This document shows positions 9,679 through 18,890 of a DNA stretch of 64,000 nt, piece after piece. The stretch is taken from positions 320,001-384,000 of the forward strand of contig CAXXYE010000001.1 in the NCBI GenBank assembly GCA_963674865.2, in the 5' to 3' direction. The notes under the pieces were generated by a model. That model made no database searches and had not been told where the DNA came from. It saw only the letters and a program-made list of their open reading frames with translations. A program made the translations under genes and the position numbers. Source of the DNA: Candidatus Hydrogenedentota bacterium. Its GTDB lineage: Bacteria > Hydrogenedentota > Hydrogenedentia > Hydrogenedentales > SLHB01. Position 1 is the first letter of the stretch, and every line of letters begins with the position of its first letter.

Positions 9679-11346
9679 TTAGTTCCCAACTGCGGCCAGC
9701 AACGGGGCGAATGGACGGAGGCCGACCGGGCTGTTAGGAACGCACGCACGCTCGTTGAACACCCGTACCAAGTCTGCCAATCCGTCGATATCGCCGCTCG
9801 AAAAGCGTTGACGCATCTCGCATCCAAAGGCGTCCAGCCGTTCCCCATTTCCCGTAAACGTAGCTGTCATGGCATCTTGAGGCGACAGGCTAAGCGATAC
9901 GCCATAGCCGCCGATGGCCTCGGACAATGTCCTGTATTCTTGAAGTGCCCGCCTTGCCTGACGGCTCTTCCGGCTCCAGGCAGCATCAACGCTTTCCCGC
10001 TGCCCGGTTGCAGGCGCGCGCTCATCCAGTACTTCGCCCAAGTACTGCCGCACATCCAACGGGGAGCGATTGGCCCGTGCCCACCCATGGACCCGAGGAG
10101 TGTCCTCCCACGAAGGCAGCCGAATCTCCGCTGCCGTGGGCCTTGCCCGGGCAACGAGCCGAAGTGTTTCCTCACGTGTATGTTCGTCATCCGCCGCGCA
10201 GGGGAAGGTGAGCCCCATGAACGTGCACAGTCCTGACGCGCGGCTTACGCGAAAGGCGCGTTCCACGTCCGAAACGCCGAAATTCCGGCCGTACACGTCC
10301 TCGAGCAAGCGTTGGCTTCCCGTGTCCACTTGGAGCGAGAGTCCGACGCATCCTGAAGCGCTCAATAGAGGGTAGGAGGCGGCGTCAACATGTCCGATAT
10401 CCAGTGCGCGCCAATACCGCACCTTGATATTGCGAGAGAGCAGTTCGCGGGCGATGGCCAGCGCGTGCGGGCCGGGTGAGCCGGCGCCGACAAAGTAAAA
10501 CGCCCTGCCGCCGTACAATCGTGCCACCGCGTTCATTTCTTCGCACACTGCCGCTACGGGCTTGAGGCGTAGTCGCGTCGGTGAGGGGCGGCTGACGTTG
10601 TCGGCTCGTATCTGCCACTGCGCCTTCCTGCTTTCCTCTATCTCGAAGAGTCTGAGCTTTCCGGCTTCTCGAAGCGCGGGATATGTATACGCGTCGTAGG
10701 CCGGCATGGCTGACCAGTCGGAGCACGGCCCGGCGCTTCCTGTGCCTCGTTCGACGCTTCCGTTCTTGACCTGGAGTACGCCTCCGATCCTTGACCACTC
10801 AGCGGGATCATGGATAAGCTCTGCCAACTGGCAGAGGGTGGATTCCACATCATCCCTGCAAAGGCAGTCGAAGGCGTTTGTTTCCATGAGGATGCGCTCG
10901 CCGTAGAGGTCCACCAGCGAACCAAGGCCCAGAATGCGCACCCCTGGGCAGTGGTCTCGTATCCGCTCTGCTATCGCCACGGTGGCGTGAAGGGCGTCGA
11001 CGTTTTCGATGCGGAAGCATATGAAGTCCACCGCTTCGCGGCTGCTGAGTTCGAAGGCTATCTCATCGCACAGTGCCTTCTGGCGCCTCAGGTACTCCCG
11101 CACCCGGCGTGCGTTGCGGATGCCCGAGAGCGGCCATGGAGGCCTTGCGTCCGCCACGCCGTTCTCGCCACGCCCCGGCCCGATGAGGCGTGCCAGCGTC
11201 TCGATAGAGCCGTAGTCCTGAATAGTGGTCACGTGCCCGTTCATTTGCAGGTTGGCGGCAATGGTCGCCAACTGGCGGTCGGGCATCAACGTCTCAACTG
11301 AAAACGGATACCCCGGGAAGTAGGCCAGCACACTCCGTGTCTTCAT
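9679..11346 (-). CDS. Cobalamin-binding radical-SAM (class B-like) homologue lacking the CxxxCxxC motif
   Basis: B12-binding-like N-terminus (PDRQLATIAANL..GH, ILGLG, FDCLCRDDVE), then IEESRKAQWQIRAD where SRGCxxxCxFC is expected, RLKPVAAVCEEM, GCVGLSLQVDTGSQRLL. Confidence 0.75.
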   Translation of the reverse strand: MKTRSVLAYFPGYPFSVETLMPDRQLATIAANLQMNGHVTTIQDYGSIETLARLIGPGRGENGVADARPPWPLSGIRNARRVREYLRRQKALCDEIAFELSSREAVDFICFRIENVDALHATVAIAERIRDHCPGVRILGLGSLVDLYGERILMETNAFDCLCRDDVESTLCQLAELIHDPAEWSRIGGVLQVKNGSVERGTGSAGPCSDWSAMPAYDAYTYPALREAGKLRLFEIEESRKAQWQIRADNVSRPSPTRLRLKPVAAVCEEMNAVARLYGGRAFYFVGAGSPGPHALAIARELLSRNIKVRYWRALDIGHVDAASYPLLSASGCVGLSLQVDTGSQRLLEDVYGRNFGVSDVERAFRVSRASGLCTFMGLTFPCAADDEHTREETLRLVARARPTAAEIRLPSWEDTPRVHGWARANRSPLDVRQYLGEVLDERAPATGQRESVDAAWSRKSRQARRALQEYRTLSEAIGGYGVSLSLSPQDAMTATFTGNGERLDAFGCEMRQRFSSGDIDGLADLVRVFNERACVPNSPVGLRPFAPLLAAVGN

Positions 11347-11503
11347 GGATGCTCCTTACCGCGAAAAACCATCAAACCCCGAGGACACGCAAATCAACAC
11401 AAAATGTAGCCGGGGTCACAAAGCAACCCACAACATATGGGCACAATATAGCACGGGCACTACATATATGCAAGTACAAATTTGAACACACCACATTTTG
11501 ACG

Positions 11504-11517
11504 GCAAGAACGATTCC
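11504..11517 (-). promoter_or_regulatory. Possible sigma54 -24/-12 promoter for the pseudoenzyme/kinase operon
   Basis: Minus strand GG-AATCGTTCTT-GC has GG-N10-GC spacing with TTGC at -12, about 160 nt upstream of the ATG at 11346. Imperfect match to TGGCAC. Confidence 0.3.
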
Positions 11518-11532
11518 CTATATGTAATGTCT

Positions 11533-11550
11533 GTGCCCCATGTGGGGCAC
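11533..11550. promoter_or_regulatory. Perfect inverted repeat GTGCCCCA-TG-TGGGGCAC, candidate regulator binding site
   Basis: 8-bp perfect arms in an AT-rich intergenic region. Related TGGGGC(A/G) half-sites recur at about 11559, 11632 and 11647. Confidence 0.5.
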
Positions 11551-11843
11551 CCGGTACCTGGGGCAAGGGAAGCATAGGAGAGGCGGCTGTCTTCTAAGTG
11601 GTTATAATAGATATGTTTACGTGGTGTGGTGTGGGGCGCTTTTGGTTGGGGCGCTATAGGAACACGGGCCTCGTCTCCGGATCAACCTTGTAGCGTCTGC
11701 CAGGAGGGGTAACAAGTCGCGCCAGCCACTGCTGGCGCGTTTCCCTTATGTGGTGACACATCAGATTCCATGCTGGGCTGAATGTCCCACGCACAGTTGT
11801 TTAGAGCCTGCCGCCCTCGCGAAGGGGGCGTAGCAGCACCTGA

Positions 11844-14204
11844 CTACTCGATGCATACCGGACAAGGCGCGCGTACAACGGCGACTTCCCCGTTGTCATA
11901 GGCGACCTCTGCCACGCCCGCCGGTGTGAAGATCCTAGCTTCCTTGGGCGCGCGAGTGTCGCCGAGGGCCGCTGCCTGCGGGTGCAGATACAGCGTGCCG
12001 TCACGCCAGATGGGGCCCCAGGCCCATGAATCGAAGCGGAGCGCCCCGCTCACCCACGTGTAGACCTTGTCGCCACTGTGCGATTCCGGTGTCCCGAAAA
12101 GCGCATTGTATTCGTTGAGGGACAGGCCGAAATCGCGTGCCTCCTCCGGGAACTCTTCCGCCAGCTCGGTAAAAGTGATGTACAAGTGCGGCGAGGTGTA
12201 CTTGTACCAGTTCTCGTCGCCCTCATTCTTCTTTTTCAGCAAGATGCCCATCATGCGGCGCATGAAATCGAGCGATGCCGCGCGCTCCTCCTCAGCCAGC
12301 CGCTCACCCGCACACTCGAGCAGATCGGCGTGAAATCGCGCCAAGACTGCCGGAATGTATACATAGCTTTCCTGGCGAGCCACGCCATTCGGCCCGCATC
12401 CGGACTGGTGTCCCGGCCAATACCACGAGGTCTGGCTGTACGAATCCCGAGCGTCGCGAAGAACGCGCCGGATGCGGTCGAGATAGAACCGATAGCCCGT
12501 CGTGCGATACAAGTCGAAGAGGCCAAATAGCGGCAGACTGTCGCGCCCAACAAAACGGTGGGGCCGGTTGATGGCGTAGAACCTGTAATATCCGTCTGCG
12601 GCGAGTTCCGCTGTTTCAAGCAGATAGGGATCGCCGGTTTCCCAGTAGCCGTGTACCGCGCTCATGAAGCGCGCGTATGGCTGAACGACCCATTGCCAAC
12701 CAAAATAGGGCAGTTCACAGGTGTAGAAATCCACATGATTGATGGGGATATCGGCACGCCAATAACAGCACGGGATGGCCTCTTCGCAGAAGCGCGGAAT
12801 TCCCAGGGCGTGCCCGAGCGTCAGCATAGCGGCTCCGGCGCTGCCGTCGCCGTCGCGAACCGAGCGCCCATACTCGAAGGGGCCGCAGTTCCCATCCCGT
12901 GAGAAACAGCTTTCCGAGGTCTTGAGGGCTCGCGGCACGGCCCACCATGAAACAGGCAGCATCCCCCGTGTGGGCAGTGCCCCACACAACGCGTGCCACC
13001 AGCCCGGCGCCTGATAGCGGAGCACCTCCGCCCGCGCATCGCCCAGGCTCGCGGTGAATCGAAACGATCGAGCCACCCCGCTTGGGATGAGTTCATCTCC
13101 GATAGTCGTTACGTACCATCGGTGCGACTTCGCCCCCAGGTCATCCTTGTGCTTGAGTTGCCCCGTGGTTCCTTCCCGGCGGATGATCCGGTGCTCAGGC
13201 ACGCCCTCGTCGTACACAAGTTCAACGCCGTAGATCTGTTGATCGAGCCAGGGCTGGAGAACCACGACCCCCTCCTCGGTGCGCAAGGAGCCTGGCCGTT
13301 CAGCATCGGCCATGTGTACGGTTTGCCCAAGGTTCAGCGAGACGCCGCCGAGAGCGAACTCAGGCCAGCGCCCGTCCAGCGTCACGTCGACCTCGGGTGC
13401 TTCGGGGATGTCGAAGCCTATCACCGGAACGCCGTTAACATCGCTCGCCGGCCCTTCGCGCCGGTGGTTGATGAAATGGGCCGTGGCCTCGATCACCCCG
13501 TTTGCGTAGAGGACAAGGTAGAGGTCTCCCTGAACCGTGTTCTGCTCGTTGTAGATGGGCCCGCCCGCCCGAAGAATATCGCACACGGGCCCGCGGTGGA
13601 TGAAGTCGGCCCGGACGAACTGCCACCAATAGATGCGGTCGTTGTGCCGCAACCCCAGGCGCAAACCAAGCTCGCGGCCCTCATGCCCCAGATTCAGCCG
13701 GTACATCTCGTACTGCGTCTTTTCGAGCGGCAAATTCCGCGTCGTCATGATCCACGTAAGGTTCTCGGTATTGCCTTCAACGAGCGTGTAACCAAACGAC
13801 CAGCCCGCATCATGTTGCGCCGTGGGACTGATTTCCGGCACGCCGGTCAGAGCCGTTTCCGGCTTAGAGTCTATCCAGCGCAGTATCGCCCGCCGCGGCC
13901 CGTCGCTCTCGGGCCACACGGCCACGGTCTGTGCCTGCACCCGCCGCCCGGCTAACGTCACGGCGCCTTCCGCCAACGCATCGAGGAGCGCCGGCTTCAT
14001 ATCCTTGGGAACCGGCACGGCCGCCGCTGCTGCGCCGCATGTTAGCGAGCCGGACTGCCGGAATAGCTCCGGCCAGGATGCCTGTGCGTCCCAGGCCGGG
14101 CTGCTGTCTTGGGACGCCTGAGGCCCTGTTGTGGCGCAGCCCGCCATGATAGTGAGGGCCACAACAGCCGATAGCGCCACAATCTCAAAATGAAGACTTC
14201 TCAT
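11844..14204 (-). CDS. Secreted lipoprotein, possibly related to YetA/PcRGLX polysaccharide lyases (alpha/alpha toroid C-terminus)
   Basis: Lipobox IMAG-C, QTVAVWPE..G....RW resembling the YetA-like N-terminal motif, and toroid-type YWETGDPYLL and LYRTTGYRFYLD segments. Confidence 0.5.
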   Translation of the reverse strand: MRSLHFEIVALSAVVALTIMAGCATTGPQASQDSSPAWDAQASWPELFRQSGSLTCGAAAAAVPVPKDMKPALLDALAEGAVTLAGRRVQAQTVAVWPESDGPRRAILRWIDSKPETALTGVPEISPTAQHDAGWSFGYTLVEGNTENLTWIMTTRNLPLEKTQYEMYRLNLGHEGRELGLRLGLRHNDRIYWWQFVRADFIHRGPVCDILRAGGPIYNEQNTVQGDLYLVLYANGVIEATAHFINHRREGPASDVNGVPVIGFDIPEAPEVDVTLDGRWPEFALGGVSLNLGQTVHMADAERPGSLRTEEGVVVLQPWLDQQIYGVELVYDEGVPEHRIIRREGTTGQLKHKDDLGAKSHRWYVTTIGDELIPSGVARSFRFTASLGDARAEVLRYQAPGWWHALCGALPTRGMLPVSWWAVPRALKTSESCFSRDGNCGPFEYGRSVRDGDGSAGAAMLTLGHALGIPRFCEEAIPCCYWRADIPINHVDFYTCELPYFGWQWVVQPYARFMSAVHGYWETGDPYLLETAELAADGYYRFYAINRPHRFVGRDSLPLFGLFDLYRTTGYRFYLDRIRRVLRDARDSYSQTSWYWPGHQSGCGPNGVARQESYVYIPAVLARFHADLLECAGERLAEEERAASLDFMRRMMGILLKKKNEGDENWYKYTSPHLYITFTELAEEFPEEARDFGLSLNEYNALFGTPESHSGDKVYTWVSGALRFDSWAWGPIWRDGTLYLHPQAAALGDTRAPKEARIFTPAGVAEVAYDNGEVAVVRAPCPVCIE

Positions 14205-17200
14205 TGTCTTCCGCTCCCCTATTCCAATCCCATGTTATAGCTTCCCACTCGACGTACCTGAGAGCATACAGCTCGAACTGGGCCAAGTCGGGCGGACTGA
14301 AACGCTTCAGCTCTATCTCATCTCCCTGGGTTCTTCTCACTGGGAAGGCCGTCTGGTGGCTGCCGTCGAAGGCCAAGAGATAGTTTGTGAAACCTTCCTG
14401 AAGGACGGGCCATTTGCGCGGCCTGCGGACATCGGACACGAGGCTGCGGCCTTCCTGGCGCCGAACACTGCTCCGCCAAGATGCGACTTGACGTCGGAAG
14501 CCGAGCGCGCCGTGCTTCAAAGTCCGCGCGCCAAGGCCGAGTGCCCACGGCGTTCCCTCCCTGGGGTGGCAGACAACGCCGAGGCGTCCGTCGAAGTGAA
14601 TGGCGCCTATCCGTGCGCGCTGCGTGAACTCATTCAGAATCCAGTATGTGCCCCAGTCCGTCTCGACGCGGATGGCCACAGCGTCCGGGCCGGCCTGATG
14701 CGGCGTATCGAGGCGCTCCGCACACGCGATGGGCATCTTTCCATCGCGCCCGTCTGGCTCGTGCACGGCGACGAAGGTGCTCGTCAGGTCTGTGCCCTCT
14801 CGCACAGCGTTAACGCAGCGCACGCGGCGTCCCGCGTTCTCCCGTGTTGTCTGGCCGGGCCCATTCGCGGCCTGTGCCGTGTCCACTTGGGATAGCATCC
14901 ATAGGCGGTAGCACCGGCCCTCCTCTGCCCAAACGGCTTGCCAACGCGACGGCGTCGTCGCGGCGGCCCGTACATCTCGCAGTCCGTAGACATCCTCATG
15001 CGCCAGGCTCTGCCCAGTCTCCGGCAGTGGTGGCTCGAGCGGCAGGTCGAGGCCATTGAATGTCAGCGAGCCATTATGCGAGTCGCTTGCCGCAAGTCCG
15101 CTGAAGACGCGGTAAGCGTGTTTTTCGCCGCCACTGACGCGGAAGATATCCACCACGAGCGTCCGGCCTTCAGGCCCTTTCAGCAGAATCACCAGCCGCC
15201 GGTACGTGTCGCATTGGGCGTAGGCCCGCGAGGATGCCTCGACCACAGACAGTACCGGCGAGGTTGCCATCAACTCGATACGCGGTACGCGTGGCGCGGC
15301 CCCGCCGGCAAGCTGGTCGGAATCGTCGACCACCACGAGATTGTGGCTCAAAGCACTGTGCATCCACCGGTTCACGGGCATGTCGCCGACGTAACCCAGG
15401 TCGTCCAGGATGGGCGCTCCCCGGACCTTGTAGTAAAGGTCGAGATTGTCATCATGGCGATGGCCCCCGGGCGGCGAACAGCAAAGCGCCAGCACCGTAT
15501 CCTCGGGCGCGACCCCGTGCCGAAGAATCGCCGTCATCCATGCCGGGAAAAGCAGTTCCGGTGGGGCCAGGGGCGACGCCGTGTTGAGTGCCTTCCCATC
15601 GAGCTGGAACACGGCGTATTCGCCAGGCTTAGCCTCGCCCCTCAGTGTCCGGTGTTTCCCCTCGTAGTACTCGGGATAGCGCCTAAGGCCCACTTCCACC
15701 ACGCCCTGGTTGGGACGCCTTCCCTCCGGCGTGTCGGACAGGGGCAGGTACTGCCCTTCGCCGTCGACTTGATCCACTACGGCGCGCAGCATCAGCCGCA
15801 GGCGTGGATCCGTGCCGTAAAGATCAATTGCGCCCGCCCGCCCTGGATGGCCCTCCGGCCAAGTGAATCCCTGTAGCCGCTCCGTCAAACGGATCAACTC
15901 GCCAAGATACATGTTGGTGTAGCCGGGACTTTCCTTGCTGAAGCCGTCGTATAGGAACGACTTATCCCGAAGTCCTTCATATCCCCGCAGGGCCGTATCC
16001 GCGTACTCCGCCAAGCCGAGGCACTGCGCGATGGCCGCCATCGCGTGATACACCCTCGGCGATTTGTTGTTGACTGTCTCGGCCTTTCCTTCACCTCCCA
16101 CAAACGGTTCGGCCTCGATCACCCACTCGAGAAGCAAGTCGCGTTCAACACGAGCGCGCGTCTCCTCTGTCCAAAGCCCGTCCCCGTCGGCGTCCCGCGC
16201 ATCGTGGACTAGGTCGTAGGCGAGGCAGAGGGCGGCCACGGCGCTTATCGCGCCGGTGCTCGGATGAACGCGCCCCGCGCCCCAGTACGATTGCATCATG
16301 TGGGCGCGTTCGAGGCTGTCCTTCTCGTAGACTTCCTCGCAAAGGTGACGCTTCCACGTCAGAGGTAGTTCGCGGTCGTGCCAAGCCGCGTACAAGGGGT
16401 CGCAATCGGCGAACGTGTCCCAGTAGTCGTGGTACATCCACCCTCGGTAACAGTACGCCAGACGCTGTAGGATGGCTACGGCCTGTTCCGCATACCGCGG
16501 CTCACCAGTGAGGCCGTAGGCGTAGCAGAGGCTCGACAGGCCGCCCAGCATGAATAGAACCTTCTTCTCGCGCACCAGGCCTGAAAAGCTGACGTGAATC
16601 GGGTGGCCCACCCAGTGCCACGCGTACCGCCCGCTCCGATCGTCCGCGTGTTCCCGCTCCAAGTCGTTGCGATAGAACGTCAATGTCTGGCCGCTTCGGG
16701 GACACTTCAGTTCCGCATCCTCGGGGAAGCGGGCATCCGGATACACCTGGCCGCAGCGGCGGCACCGGAAGGTGTCGGGCTCGCGGTAGTTCCATTCGAT
16801 GAGCGAGGCCCCCGTGCCTTCCTGGGATAACCGGCCCACGCAATTTGGACACGTGAAGCCGTAGGGATTGGTTGGCGTGAGTTCGGGAATCATCGCTTCC
16901 ACGTAGCCGTCCGGCTGGGCGATGAGGTAATCGGCCAAGGCCAGATGCCGTTCGAACCAAGCCCGCGCCCAGTCGGCCGTCGCAATGTTCCGGCGCGCCC
17001 GCTCAAGGGCCTCAGCGCCAAGTAGCACCGGATGCTTCACCGCCGCTCGCGCGTCGAGCATCCGACTCTTCCGCGCCTCGACGGCGGCCCGAAACGCTTC
17101 TTCCGCCACGGACACGCCGAGTTGCTGCCACGGCATCCATCCCGTGCCCCGGGCAACGGCTTGGATATAGGCGTCTTTCGAGGCCGGTTGAGGCTCCGAG

Positions 17201-17301
17201 TGGGCCTCCGCACGGGCCAGCAAGACGGCAAGCAGGGCAATGACGGCTATCCAGGGCTTGTTTGCTCGCCCCGGCGCATTCGCGCTTGACTTGAAAGACA
17301 T
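14185..17301 (-). CDS. Heparinase II/III-family (alginate/oligo-uronide lyase-like) secreted protein
   Basis: Signal peptide, ESPGY, GHRHDDNLDL, DLGY, SHNLVVVD motifs. Contains a CPNC...CRRC Cys insert. Confidence 0.8.
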   Translation of the reverse strand: MSFKSSANAPGRANKPWIAVIALLAVLLARAEAHSEPQPASKDAYIQAVARGTGWMPWQQLGVSVAEEAFRAAVEARKSRMLDARAAVKHPVLLGAEALERARRNIATADWARAWFERHLALADYLIAQPDGYVEAMIPELTPTNPYGFTCPNCVGRLSQEGTGASLIEWNYREPDTFRCRRCGQVYPDARFPEDAELKCPRSGQTLTFYRNDLEREHADDRSGRYAWHWVGHPIHVSFSGLVREKKVLFMLGGLSSLCYAYGLTGEPRYAEQAVAILQRLAYCYRGWMYHDYWDTFADCDPLYAAWHDRELPLTWKRHLCEEVYEKDSLERAHMMQSYWGAGRVHPSTGAISAVAALCLAYDLVHDARDADGDGLWTEETRARVERDLLLEWVIEAEPFVGGEGKAETVNNKSPRVYHAMAAIAQCLGLAEYADTALRGYEGLRDKSFLYDGFSKESPGYTNMYLGELIRLTERLQGFTWPEGHPGRAGAIDLYGTDPRLRLMLRAVVDQVDGEGQYLPLSDTPEGRRPNQGVVEVGLRRYPEYYEGKHRTLRGEAKPGEYAVFQLDGKALNTASPLAPPELLFPAWMTAILRHGVAPEDTVLALCCSPPGGHRHDDNLDLYYKVRGAPILDDLGYVGDMPVNRWMHSALSHNLVVVDDSDQLAGGAAPRVPRIELMATSPVLSVVEASSRAYAQCDTYRRLVILLKGPEGRTLVVDIFRVSGGEKHAYRVFSGLAASDSHNGSLTFNGLDLPLEPPLPETGQSLAHEDVYGLRDVRAAATTPSRWQAVWAEEGRCYRLWMLSQVDTAQAANGPGQTTRENAGRRVRCVNAVREGTDLTSTFVAVHEPDGRDGKMPIACAERLDTPHQAGPDAVAIRVETDWGTYWILNEFTQRARIGAIHFDGRLGVVCHPREGTPWALGLGARTLKHGALGFRRQVASWRSSVRRQEGRSLVSDVRRPRKWPVLQEGFTNYLLAFDGSHQTAFPVRRTQGDEIELKRFSPPDLAQFELYALRYVEWEAITWDWNRGAEDNEKSSF

Positions 17302-17466
17302 GCCGGTCCTTTCATGCTCCTGCGTCGCTCGAGAGTATTGATGAAAAGGTTATAATCGCCGCTGTCCCGCTACGCAAATGCAAGTCTGCGATGTGCAGGT
17401 CGGTGTGTTTCGCGGCCCGAGCGTCTGGAAGGTATAATGGCGTGTCCAAAAACGAGGGATGCTCTT

Positions 17467-18183
17467 ATGAAAACGCTCGTATCGGTTGTCGTGCCCTTCT
17501 ACAACGAGGAGGATAATGTCCAGCCCCTCGCGGAGCAGATCGAAGCCGTGTTTGATGGCTTGCCCGACTACGACTACGAATGCCTCTTCGTCAATGACGG
17601 GAGCACGGATGGCACCCGCGAGCGTCTGGATGCGCTCCGCGCCGAGAATCCCCACGTTCGGCCGCTCCACCTTGTCGAGAATCGAGGCCAGTCCGCCGCG
17701 CTTGTGGCCGGCATGCGCCATGCTCAAGGCGAGTATATCCTCACCCTCGACGGCGATCTGCAGAATGACCCCGTCGATTTTCCCCGTATTCTCGAGCTTC
17801 TAAAGGACTACGACTGCGTCTGTGGCTATCGAGCCAACCGCAGGGACAACTGGATCCGCAAGCTCTCGAGCCGAGTTGGCAACGGTTTCCGCCAGGCAGT
17901 TCTGCACGACGGTATTCGCGATTCCGGTTGCGGGTCGAAAGGATTCCGGCGGCGATGCGTCGAGCATGTCGTGCCCTTCAACGGCGTCCACCGCTTCTTC
18001 GCCGTCATGATCCGCAATGCCGGCCTGACGCTAACTGAGTGCCCCGTCACCCATCACCCCCGCCAACACGGTGTGTCCAAGTACGGCATCCACAACCGCT
18101 TATGGCGCGGTATCTACGACTTGGTGGGCGTGCGCTGGCTCTCCAAGCGCTACGTGACCTTCCGCGTCGAGGGGGAAGAGTAA
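17467..18183 (+). CDS. GT2 polyprenyl-phosphate glycosyltransferase (ArnC/DPM-like)
   Basis: VVVPFYNEE, VNDGSTDG, NRGQSAA, LDGDLQNDP, DSGCG, R..GVSKYG. Confidence 0.92.
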   Translation: MKTLVSVVVPFYNEEDNVQPLAEQIEAVFDGLPDYDYECLFVNDGSTDGTRERLDALRAENPHVRPLHLVENRGQSAALVAGMRHAQGEYILTLDGDLQNDPVDFPRILELLKDYDCVCGYRANRRDNWIRKLSSRVGNGFRQAVLHDGIRDSGCGSKGFRRRCVEHVVPFNGVHRFFAVMIRNAGLTLTECPVTHHPRQHGVSKYGIHNRLWRGIYDLVGVRWLSKRYVTFRVEGEE

Positions 18184-18184
18184 T

Positions 18185-18890
18185 TTGCCCGCCGGGGCCG
18201 AGAGCGGACTCGCCGCCAACCTGGTGTGGGTGCTCGGTTGGACGGGCGTTGCCATCTTCTACGCCCGCTTCTATATCCAGTGGATCGCCTCCGAACTGAA
18301 GAAGCGGGTCGTCATTCCCGTGGCTTTCTGGTACATGAGCGTCGTCGGCTCCGTCTTCCAGTTCATCTTCGGCGCCTGCATTCGCTCGCCGATGGGCACC
18401 CTTGGCCAGACCTTTAACCTCGCCGTCTACGCACGCAACCTCGTGCACATCTGGCGCGAGAAGGGGACGCTCTCGCGGCGCAAGGCCATAGCAATCAACA
18501 CCGCCGCCGCGGCCATCGTCCTGCTCATGCTCTCTGTTTACGGTTCGTACATGGTATGCCGAGTACCTGCACAACCGGACGCTCGACACCTCGCAACAGG
18601 CCCGGGAAGCCTGGTTCTGGATTGCCGTCGGGCTTGTGGGCCAAGTCCTGTTTGCATGCCGCTTCCTGATTCAGTGGATTGCCACCGAGATGAAGAAGAA
18701 GAGTGTCGTGCCCACTGCCTTCTGGTACGTGAGCATTATCGCGGCCTTTCTTCTCATGGTGAGTTACATCAAACGCCATGAATGGCCCTACGTCGTCGGT
18801 TTGGCCTCGACGATACCGGTATACGCCCGAAATCTCTGGTTCATCTACATGAAGCCAGCGCCGCCCGAAGCAGGGGAGGAAGCGTCATGA
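18185..18890 (+). CDS. Tandem LAB_N (lipid A biosynthesis N-terminal) domain membrane protein, split by a frameshift near 18530-18540
   Basis: Two copies of G..xF.xRF.IQWIA.E.KK.xV.P.AFWY.S lie in different frames. Joining at atgctctctgttt gives one continuous protein. Confidence 0.8.

Noticed and set aside
8434..11346. Reading the KS plus radical-SAM pair as a type II PKS or ladderane-type biosynthetic cluster
   Set aside because: No ACP, CLF partner, reductase or dehydratase is nearby, and both proteins lack key catalytic residues.
11438..11452. Plus-strand TGG-N10-GC sigma54-like motif
   Set aside because: Poor match at -12 and no plus-strand gene downstream to transcribe.
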